Source: Auanema rhodensis
Taxonomy: Eukaryota; Animalia; Nematoda
NCBI GenBank assembly: GCA_964057225.1
Contig: OZ059895.1
Location: forward strand, 1,488,001 to 1,552,000
Direction of reading: 5' to 3'
Length of the DNA stretch: 64,000 nucleotides
Below are positions 52,201 to 64,000 of this stretch, piece after piece. The translations under genes and the position numbers were made by a program. Under the pieces are notes generated by a model. It was not told where the DNA came from. It saw nothing but the letters and a program-made list of their open reading frames with translations, and did not search any database. Each line of letters starts with the position of its first letter. The stretch's first letter is position 1.

Positions 52201-55200
52201 CGTCTTTGCCTTGAAAAAAAGAATCTAAAAACATCTACTTTTTGCTAAATTATTTTGAATTTTTTCGAAAAAATTTTTGTCAAAATGTTTTTGGAAGCAA
52301 TGTTGAGTGTACATGGAAACTCAACATACACTAATGCATCATTTTTCAAACGATCATAACTAATTTTTGTATTAAGCGTTTTTCAATGTAGTATAGTGCA
52401 TTCGATGCCGATTTTTAAGCTGCGTCGATCTGTGTTATCAGATTTGCGCTAGCTTAAAAATGCACCGAGATATCAACTGATATAAGTTCACACTTATATC
52501 CTCGATTTTCACCCTGAAGAATTAATTTTTTCGTTGAATAACATTGTCTATCGTCTTTGCTTTGAAAAATGGAATCTAAAAACATCTACTTTTTGCTAAA
52601 TTATTTTGAAATTTTTCGAAAAAATTTTTGTCAAAATGTTTTTGGAAGCAATGTTGAGTGTACATGGAAACTCAACATACACTAATGCATCATTTTTCAA
52701 ACGATCATAACTAATTTTTGTATTAAGCGTTTCTCAATGTAGTATAGTGCATTCGATGCCGATTTTTAAGCTGCGTCGATCTGTGTTATCAGATTTGCGC
52801 TAGCTTAAAAATGCACCGAGATATCAACTGATATAAGTTCACACTTATATCCTCGATTTTCACCCTGAAGAATTAATTTTTTCGTTGAATAACATTGTCT
52901 ATCGTCTTTGCCTTGAAAAATGGAATCTAAAAACATCTACTTTTTGCTAAATTATTCTGAAATTTTTCGAAAAAATTTTTGTCAAAATGTTTTTGGAAGC
53001 AATGTTGAGTGTACATGGAAACTCAACATACACTAATGCATCATTTTTCAAACGATCATAACTAATTTTTGTATTAAGCGTTTCTCAATGTAGTATAGTG
53101 CATTCGATGCCGATTTTTAAGCTGCGTCGATCTGTGTTATCAGATTTGCGCTAGCTTAAAAATGCACCGAGATATCAACTGATATAAGTTCACACTTATA
53201 TCCTCGATTTTCACCCTGAAGAATTAATTTTTTCGTTGAATAACATTGTCTATCGTCTTTGCCTTGAAAAATGGAATCTAAAAACATCTACTTTTTGCTA
53301 AATTATTTTGAAATTTTTCGAAAAAATTTTTGTCAAAATGTTTTTGGAAGCAATGTTGAGTGTACATGGAAACTCAACATACACTAATGCATCATTTTTC
53401 AAACGATCATAACTAATTTTTGTATTAAGCGTTTCTCAATGTAGTATAGTGCATTCGATGCCGATTTTTAAGCTGCGTTGATCTGTGTTATCAGATTTGC
53501 GCTAGCTTAAAAATGCACCGAGATATCAACTGATATAAGTTCACACTTATATCCTCGATTTTCACCCTGAAGAATTAATTTTTTCGTTGAATAACATTGT
53601 CTATAGTCTTTGCCTTGAAAAATTGAATCTAAAAACATCTACTTTTTGCTAAATTATTTTGAAATTTTTCGAAAAAATTTTTGTCAAAATGTTTTTGGAA
53701 GCAATGTTGAGTGTACATGGAAACTCAACATACACTAATGCATCATTTTTCAAACGATCATAACTAATTTTTGTATTAAGCGTTTCTCGATGTAGTATAG
53801 TGCATTCGATGCGGATTTTTAAGCTGCGTCGATCTGTGTTATCAGATTTGCGCTAGCTTAAAAATGCACCGAGATATCAACTGATATAAGTTCACACTTA
53901 TATCCTCGATTTTCACCCTGAAGAATTAATTTTCTCGTTGAATAACATTGTCCATCGTCTTTGCCTTGAAAAAAAGAATCTAAAAACATCTACTTTTTGC
54001 TAAATTATTTTGAATTTTTTCGAAAAAATTTTTGTCAAAATGTTTTTGGAAGCAATGTTGAGTGTACAGGAAACTCAACATACACTAATGCATCATTTTT
54101 CAAACGATCATAACTAATTTTTGTATTAAGCGTTTTTCAATGTAGTATAGTGCATTCGATGCCGATTTTTAAGCTGCGTCGATCTGTGTTATCAGATTTG
54201 CGCTAGCTTAAAAATGCACCGAGATATCAACTGATATAAGTTCACACTTATATCCTCGGTTTTCACCCTGAAGAATTAATTTTTTCGTTGAATAACATTG
54301 TCTATCGTCTTTGCTTTGAAAAATCGAATCTAAAAACATCTACTTTTTGCTAAATTATTTTGAAATTTTTCGAAAAAATTTTTGTCAAAATGTTTTTGGA
54401 AGCAATGTTGAGTGTACATGGAAACTCAACATACACTAATGCATCATTTTTCAAACGATCATAACTAATTTTTGTATTAAGCGTTTCTCAATGTAGTATA
54501 GTGCATTCGATGCCGATTTTTAAGCTGCGTCGATCTGTGTTATCAGATTTGCGCTAGCTTAAAAATGCACCGAGATATCAACTGATATAAGTTCACACTT
54601 ATATCCTCGATTTTCACCCTGAAGAATTAATTTTTTCGTTGAATAACATTGTCTATAGTCTTTGCCTTGAAAAATTGAATCTAAAAACATCTACTTTTTG
54701 CTAAATTATTTTGAAATTTTTCGAAAAAATTTTTGTCAAAATGTTTTTGGAAGCAATGTTGAGTGTACATGGAAACTCAACATACACTAATGCATCATTT
54801 TTCAAACGATCATAACTAATTTTTGTATTAAGCGTTTTTCGATGTAGTATAGTGCATTCGATGCGGATTTTTAAGCTGCGTCGATCTGTGTTATCAGATT
54901 TGCGCTAGCTTAAAAATGCACCGAGATATCAACTGATATAAGTTCACACTTATATCCTCGATTTTCACCCTGAAGAATTAATTTTCTCGTTGAATAACAT
55001 TGTCCATCGTCTTTGCCTTGAAAAAAAGAATCTAAAAACATCTACTTTTTGCTAAATTATTTTGAATTTTTTCGAAAAAATTTTTGTCAAAATGTTTTTG
55101 GAAGCAATGTTGAGTGTACATGGAAACTCAACATACACTAATGCATCATTTTTCAAACGATCATAACTAATTTTTGTATTAAGCGTTTTTCAATGTAGTA

Positions 55201-58200
55201 TAGTGCATTCGATGCCGATTTTTAAGCTGCGTCGATCTGTGTTATCAGATTTGCGCTAGCTTAAAAATGCACCGAGATATCAACTGATATAAGTTCACAC
55301 TTATATCCTCGATTTTCACCCTGAAGAATTAATTTTTTCGTTGAATAACATTGTCTATCGTCTTTGCTTTGAAAAATGGAATCTAAAAACATCTACTTTT
55401 TGCTAAATTATTTTGAAATTTTTCGAAAAAATTTTTGTCAAAATGTTTTTGGAAGCAATGTTGAGTGTACATGGAAACTCAACATACACTAATGCATCAT
55501 TTTTCAAACGATCATAACTAATTTTTGTTTTAAGCGTTTCTCAATGTAGTATAGTGCATTCGATGCGGATTTTTAAGCTGCGTCGATCTGTGTTATCAGA
55601 TTTGCGCTAGCTTAAAAATGCACCGAGATATCAACTGATATAAGTTCACACTTATATCCTCGATTTTCATCCTGAAGAATTAATTTTTTCGTTGAATAAC
55701 ATTGTCCATCGTCTTTGCCTTGAAAAAACGAATCTAACAACATCTACTTTTTGCTAAATTATTTTGAAATTTTTCGAAAAATTTTTTGTCAAAATGTTTT
55801 TGGAAGCAATGTTGAGTGTACATGGAAACTCAACATACACTAATGCATCATTTTTCAAACGATCATAACTAATTTTTGTATTAAGCGTTTCTCGATGTAG
55901 TATAGTGCATTCGATGCGGATTTTTAAGCTGCGTCGATCTGTGTTATCAGATTTGCGCTAGCTTAAAAATGCACCGAGATATCAACTGATATAAGTTCAC
56001 ACTTATATCCTCGATTTTCATCCTGAAGAATTAATTTTTTCGTTGAATAACATTGTCCATCATCTTTGCCTTAAAAAAAGGAATCTAAAAACATCTACTT
56101 TTTGCTAAATTATTTTGAAATTTTTCGAAAAAATTTTTGTCAAAATGTTTTTGGAAGCAATGTTGAGTGTACATGGAAACTCAACATACACTAATGCATC
56201 ATTTTTCAAACGATCATAACTAATTTTTGTATTAAGCGTTTCTCAATGTAGTATAGTGCATTCGATGCCGATTTTTAAGCTGCGTCGATCTGTGTTATCA
56301 GATTTGCGCTAGCTTAAAAATGCACCGAGATATCAACTGATATAAGTTCACACTTATATCCTCGATTTTCACCCTGAAGAATTAATTTTTTCGTTGAATA
56401 ACATTGTCTATCGTCTTTGCCTTGAAAAATGGAATCTAAAAACATCTACTTTTTGCTAAATTATTTTGAAATTTTTCGAAAAAATTTTTGTCAAAATGTT
56501 TTTGGAAGCAATGTTGAGTGTACATGGAAACTCAACATACACTAATGCATCATTTTTCAAACGATCATAACTAATTTTTGTATTAAGCGTTTCTCAATGT
56601 AGTATAGTGCATTCGATGCCGATTTTTAAGCTGCGTCGATCTGTGTTATCAGATTTGCGCTAGCTTAAAAATGCACCGAGATATCAACTGATATAAGTTC
56701 ACACTTATATCCTCGATTTTCACCCTGAAGAATTAATTTTTTCGTTGAATAACATTGTCTATCGTCTTTGCCTTGAAAAATGGAATCTAAAAACATCTAC
56801 TTTTTGCTAAATTATTTTGAAATTTTTCGAAAAAATTTTTGTCAAAATGTTTTTGGAAGCAATGTTGAGTGTACATGGAAACTCAACATACACTAATGCA
56901 TCATTTTTCAAACGATCATAACTAATTTTTGTATTAAGCGTTTCTCAATGTAGTATAGTGCATTCGATGCCGATTTTTAAGCTGCGTCGATCTGTGTTAT
57001 CAGATTTGCGCTAGCTTAAAAATGCACCGAGATATCAACTGATATAAGTTCACACTTATATCCTCGATTTTCACCCTGAAGAATTAATTTTCTCGTTGAA
57101 TAACATTGTCTATAGTCTTTGCCTTGAAAAATTGAATCTAAAAACATCTACTTTTTGCTAAATTATTTTGAAATTTTTCGAAAAAATTTTTGTCAAAATG
57201 TTTTTGGAAGCAATGTTGAGTGTACATGGAAACTCAACATACACTAATGCATCATTTTTCAAATGATCATAACTAATTTTTGTATTAAGCGTTTTTCAAT
57301 GTAGTATAGTGCATTCGATGCCGATTTTTAAGCTGCGTCGATCTGTGTTATCAGATTTGCGCTAGCTTAAAAATGCACCGAGATATCAACTGATATAAGT
57401 TCACACTTATATCCTCGATTTTCACCCTGAAGAATTAATTTTCTCGTTGAATAACATTGTCTATAGTCTTTGCCTTGAAAAATTGAATCTAAAAACATCT
57501 ACTTTTTGCTAAATTATTTTGAAATTTTTCGAAAAAATTTTTGTCAAAATGTTTTTGGAAGCAATGTTGAGTGTACATGGAAACTCAACATACACTAATG
57601 CATCATTTTTCAAACGATCATAACTAATTTTTGTATTAAGCGTTTCTCAATGTAGTATAGTGCATTCGATGCCGATTTTTAAGCTGCGTCGATCTGTGTT
57701 ATCAGATTTGCGCTAGCTTAAAAATGCACCGAGATATCAACTGATATAAGTTCACACTTATATCCTCGATTTTCACCCTGAAGAATTAATTTTCTCGTTG
57801 AATAACATTGTCTATAGTCTTTGCCTTGAAAAATTGAATCTAAAAACATCTACTTTTTGCTAAATTATTTTGAAATTTTTCGAAAAAATTTTTGTCAAAA
57901 TGTTTTTGGAAGCAATGTTGAGTGTACATGGAAACTCAACATACACTAATGCATCATTTTTCAAATGATCATAACTAATTTTTGTATTAAGCGTTTTTCA
58001 ATGTAGTATAGTGCATTCGATGCCGATTTTTAAGCTGCGTCGATCTGTGTTATCAGATTTGCGCTAGCTTAAAAATGCACCGAGATATCAACTGATATAA
58101 GTTCACACTTATATCCTCGATTTTCACCCTGAAGAATTAATTTTTTCGTTGAATAACATTGTCTATCGTCTTTGCTTTGAAAAATGGAATCTAAAAACAT

Positions 58201-61200
58201 CTACTTTTTGCTAAATTATTTTGAAATTTTTCGAAAAAATTTTTGTCAAAATGTTTTTGGAAGCAATGTTGAGTGTACATGGAAACTCAACATACACTAA
58301 TGCATCATTTTTCAAACGATCATAACTAATTTTTGTATTAAGCGTTTCTCAATGTAGTATAGTGCATTCGATGCCGATTTTTAAGCTGCGTCGATCTGTG
58401 TTATCAGATTTGCGCTAGCTTAAAAATGCACCGAGATATCAACTGATATAAGTTCACACTTATATCCTCGATTTTCACCCTGAAGAATTAATTTTTTCGT
58501 TGAATAACATTGTCTATAGTCTTTGCCTTGAAAAATTGAATCTAAAAACATCTACTTTTTGCTAAATTATTTTGAAATTTTTCGAAAAAATTTTTGTCAA
58601 AATGTTTTTGGAAGCAATGTTGAGTGTACATGGAAACTCAACATACACTAATGCATCATTTTTCAAACGATCATAACTAATTTTTGTATTAAGCGTTTCT
58701 CGATGTAGTATAGTGCATTCGATGCGGATTTTTAAGCTGCGTCGATCTGTGTTATCAGATTTGCGCTAGCTTAAAAATGCACCGAGATATCAACTGATAT
58801 AAGTTCACACTTATATCCTCGATTTTCACCCTGAAGAATTAATTTTCTCGTTGAATAACATTGTCCATCGTCTTTGCCTTGAAAAAAAGAATCTAAAAAC
58901 ATCTACTTTTTGCTAAATTATTTTGAATTTTTTCGAAAAAATTTTTGTCAAAATGTTTTTGGAAGCAATGTTGAGTGTACATGGAAACTCAACATACACT
59001 AATGCATCATTTTTCAAACGATCATAACTAATTTTTGTATTAAGCGTTTTTCAATGTAGTATAGTGCATTCGATGCCGATTTTTAAGCTGCGTCGATCTG
59101 TGTTATCAGATTTGCGCTAGCTTAAAAATGCACCGAGATATCAACTGATATAAGTTCACACTTATATCCTCGATTTTCACCTTGAAGAATTAATTTTTTC
59201 GTTGAATAACATTGTCTATCGTCTTTGCTTTGAAAAATGGAATCTAAAAACATCTACTTTTTGCTAAATTATTTTGAAATTTTTCGAAAAAATTTTTGTC
59301 AAAATGTTTTTGGAAGCAATGTTGAGTGTACATGGAAACTCAACATACACTAATGCATCATTTTTCAAACGATCATAACTAATTTTTATTTTAAGCGTTT
59401 CTCAATGTAGTATAGTGCATTCGATGCCGATTTTTAAGCTGCGTCGATCTGTGTTATCAGATTTGCGCTAGCTTAAAAATGCACCGAGATATCAACTGAT
59501 ATAAGTTCACACTTATATCCTCGATTTTCACCCTGAAGAATTAATTTTTTCGTTGAATAACATTGTCTATAGTCTTTGCCTTGAAAAATTGAATCTAAAA
59601 ACATCTACTTTTTGCTAAATTATTTTGAAATTTTTCGAAAAAATTTTTGTCAAAATGTTTTTGGAAGCAATGTTGAGTGTACATGGAAACTCAACATACA
59701 CTAATGCATCATTTTTCAAACGATCATAACTAATTTTTGTATTAAGCGTTTCTCGATGTAGTATAGTGCATTCGATGCGGATTTTTAAGCTGCGTCGATC
59801 TGTGTTATCAGATTTGCGCTAGCTTAAAAATGCACCGAGATATCAACTGATATAAGTTCACACTTATATCCTCGATTTTCACCCTGAAGAATTAATTTTC
59901 TCGTTGAATAACATTGTCCATCGTCTTTGCCTTGAAAAAAAGAATCTAAAAACATCTACTTTTTGCTAAATTATTTTGAATTTTTTCGAAAAAATTTTTG
60001 TCAAAATGTTTTTGGAAGCAATGTTGAGTGTACATGGAAACTCAACATACACTAATGCATCATTTTTCAAACGATCATAACTAATTTTTGTATTAAGCGT
60101 TTTTCAATGTAGTATAGTGCATTCGATGCCGATTTTTAAGCTGCGTCGATCTGTGTTATCAGATTTGCGCTAGCTTAAAAATGCACCGAGATATCAACTG
60201 ATATAAGTTCACACTTATATCCTCGATTTTCACCTTGAAGAATTAATTTTTTCGTTGAATAACATTGTCTATCGTCTTTGCTTTGAAAAATGGAATCTAA
60301 AAACATCTACTTTTTGCTAAATTATTTTGAAATTTTTCGAAAAAATTTTTGTCAAAATGTTTTTGGAAGCAATGTTGAGTGTACATGGAAACTCAACATA
60401 CACTAATGCATCATTTTTCAAACGATCATAACTAATTTTTATTTTAAGCGTTTCTCAATGTAGTATAGTGCATTCGATGCCGATTTTTAAGCTGCGTCGA
60501 TCTGTGTTATCAGATTTGCGCTAGCTTAAAAATGCACCGAGATATCAACTGATATAAGTTCACACTTATATCCTCGATTTTCACCCTGAAGAATTAATTT
60601 TTTCGTTGAATAACATTGTCTATAGTCTTTGCCTTGAAAAATTGAATCTAAAAACATCTACTTTTTGCTAAATTATTTTGAAATTTTTCGAAAAAATTTT
60701 TGTCAAAATGTTTTTGGAAGCAATGTTGAGTGTACATGGAAACTCAACATACACTAATGCATCATTTTTCAAACGATCATAACTAATTTTTGTATTAAGC
60801 GTTTCTCGATGTAGTATAGTGCATTCGATGCGGATTTTTAAGCTGCGTCGATCTGTGTTATCAGATTTGCGCTAGCTTAAAAATGCACCGAGATATCAAC
60901 TGATATAAGTTCACACTTATATCCTCGATTTTCACCCTGAAGAATTAAATTTCTCGTTGAATAACATTGTCCATCGTCTTTGCCTTGAAAAAAAGAATCT
61001 AAAAACATCTACTTTTTGCTAAATTATTTTGAATTTTTTCGAAAAAATTTTTGTCAAAATGTTTTTGGAAGCAATGTTGAGTGTACATGGAAACTCAACA
61101 TACACTAATGCATCATTTTTCAAACGATCATAACTAATTTTTGTATTAAGCGTTTTTCAATGTAGTATAGTGCATTCGATGCCGATTTTTAAGCTGCGTC

Positions 61201-64000
61201 GATCTGTGTTATCAGATTTGCGCTAGCTTAAAAATGCACCGAGATATCAACTGATATAAGTTCACACTTATATCCTCGATTTTCACCTTGAAGAATTAAT
61301 TTTTTCGTTGAATAACATTGTCTATCGTCTTTGCTTTGAAAAATGGAATCTAAAAACATCTACTTTTTGCTAAATTATTTTGAAATTTTTCGAAAAAATT
61401 TTTGTCAAAATGTTTTTGGAAGCAATGTTGAGTGTACATGGAAACTCAACATACACTAATGCATCATTTTTCAAACGATCATAACTAATTTTTATTTTAA
61501 GCGTTTCTCAATGTAGTATAGTGCATTCGATGCGGATTTTTAAGCTGCGTCGATCTGTGTTATCAGATTTGCGCTAGCTTAAAAATGCACCGAGATATCA
61601 ACTGATATAAGTTCACACTTATATCCTCGATTTTCATCCTGAAGAATTAATTTTTTCGTTGAATAACATTGTCCATCGTCTTTGCCTTGAAAAAACGAAT
61701 CTAACAACATCTACTTTTTGCTAAATTATTTTGAAATTTTTCGAAAAAATTTTTGTCAAAATGTTTTTGGAAGCAATGTTGAGTGTACATGGAAACTCAA
61801 CATACACTAATGCATCATTTTTCAAACGATCATAACTAATTTTTGTATTAAGCGTTTCTCAATGTAGTATAGTGCATTCGATGCGGATTTTTAAGCTGCG
61901 TCGATCTGTGTTATCAGATTTGCGCTAGCTTAAAAATGCACCGAGATATCAACTGATATAAGTTCACACTTATATCCTCGATTTTCACCCTGAAGAATTA
62001 ATTTTCTCGTTGAATAACATTGTCCATCGTCTTTGCCTTGAAAAAAAGAATCTAAAAACATCTACTTTTTGCTAAATTATTTTGAATTTTTTCGAAAAAA
62101 TTTTTGTCAAAATGTTTTTGGAAGCAATGTTGAGTGTACATGGAAACTCAACATACACTAATGCATCATTTTTCAAACGATCATAACTAATTTTTGTATT
62201 AAGCGTTTTTCAATGTAGTATAGTGCATTCGATGCCGATTTTTAAGCTGCGTCGATCTGTGTTATCAGATTTGCGCTAGCTTAAAAATGCACCGAGATAT
62301 CAACTGATATAAGTTCACACTTATATCCTCGATTTTCACCCTGAAGAATTAAATTTCTCGTTGAATAACATTGTCCATCGTCTTTGCCTTGAAAAAAAGA
62401 ATCTAAAAACATCTACTTTTTGCTAAATTATTTTGAATTTTTTCGAAAAAATTTTTGTCAAAATGTTTTTGGAAGCAATGTTGAGTGTACATGGAAACTC
62501 AACATACACTAATGCATCATTTTTCAAACGATCATAACTAATTTTTGTATTAAGCGTTTTTCAATGTAGTATAGTGCATTCGATGCCGATTTTTAAGCTG
62601 CGTCGATCTGTGTTATCAGATTTGCGCTAGCTTAAAAATGCACCGAGATATCAACTGATATAAGTTCACACTTATATCCTCGATTTTCACCTTGAAGAAT
62701 TAATTTTTTCGTTGAATAACATTGTCTATCGTCTTTGCTTTGAAAAATGGAATCTAAAAACATCTACTTTTTGCTAAATTATTTTGAAATTTTTCGAAAA
62801 AATTTTTGTCAAAATGTTTTTGGAAGCAATGTTGAGTGTACATGGAAACTCAACATACACTAATGCATCATTTTTCAAACGATCATAACTAATTTTTATT
62901 TTAAGCGTTTCTCAATGTAGTATAGTGCATTCGATGCGGATTTTTAAGCTGCGTCGATCTGTGTTATCAGATTTGCGCTAGCTTAAAAATGCACCGAGAT
63001 ATCAACTGATATAAGTTCACACTTATATCCTCGATTTTCATCCTGAAGAATTAATTTTTTCGTTGAATAACATTGTCCATCGTCTTTGCCTTGAAAAAAC
63101 GAATCTAACAACATCTACTTTTTGCTAAATTATTTTGAAATTTTTCGAAAAAATTTTTGTCAAAATGTTTTTGGAAGCAATGTTGAGTGTACATGGAAAC
63201 TCAACATACACTAATGCATCATTTTTCAAACGATCATAACTAATTTTTGTATTAAGCGTTTCTCAATGTAGTATAGTGCATTCGATGCGGATTTTTAAGC
63301 TGCGTCGATCTGTGTTATCAGATTTGCGCTAGCTTAAAAATGCACCGAGATATCAACTGATATAAGTTCACACTTATATCCTCGATTTTCACCCTGAAGA
63401 ATTAATTTTCTCGTTGAATAACATTGTCCATCGTCTTTGCCTTGAAAAAAAGAATCTAAAAACATCTACTTTTTGCTAAATTATTTTGAATTTTTTCGAA
63501 AAAATTTTTGTCAAAATGTTTTTGGAAGCAATGTTGAGTGTACATGGAAACTCAACATACACTAATGCATCATTTTTCAAACGATCATAACTAATTTTTG
63601 TATTAAGCGTTTTTCAATGTAGTATAGTGCATTCGATGCCGATTTTTAAGCTGCGTCGATCTGTGTTATCAGATTTGCGCTAGCTTAAAAATGCACCGAG
63701 ATATCAACTGATATAAGTTCACACTTATATCCTCGATTTTCACCCTGAAGAATTAATTTTTTCGTTGAATAACATTGTCTATCGTCTTTGCTTTGAAAAA
63801 TGGAATCTAAAAACATCTACTTTTTGCTAAATTATTTTGAAATTTTTCGAAAAAATTTTTGTCAAAATGTTTTTGGAAGCAATGTTGAGTGTACATGGAA
63901 ACTCAACATACACTAATGCATCATTTTTCAAACGATCATAACTAATTTTTGTTTTAAGCGTTTCTCAATGTAGTATAGTGCATTCGATGCGGATTTTTAA
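25292..64000. repeat. 351-bp tandem satellite array, right arm (about 110 monomers; continues beyond window end)
   Basis: Same monomer and orientation as the left arm, with occasional 350- or 352-bp units from 1-bp indels. Confidence 0.99.

Noticed and set aside
1-64000. CRISPR-like or guide-RNA array
   Set aside because: Units are near-identical along their full length, with no unique spacer or hypervariable cassette and no cas genes.

Overview
About 94% of this window is one AT-rich tandem satellite array with a 351-bp monomer (about 172 copies, all in one orientation). It shows local higher-order repeats and two sequence subfamilies that switch near 20.6-20.8 kb. The array is interrupted once, at 21396-25291, by a minus-strand Ty3/Gypsy-type LTR retroelement. 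The element has two LTRs (379 and 378 bp) that differ only by one A in a homopolymer, a 4-bp AAAC target-site duplication and a 15-nt tRNA-Pro-type primer-binding site. It encodes one Gag (CCHC knuckle)-aspartic protease ORF, with no RT, RNase H, integrase or polypurine tract. Unusually, an almost complete satellite monomer (341 bp) lies inside the element, directly against the 3' LTR, with the same LTR/satellite junction as the 5' LTR. All breakpoints fall in one 9-bp-stem hairpin of the monomer. Each monomer also carries a long (about 51-69 nt) stem-loop. The PBS and Gag style point to a nematode host; this is inference.
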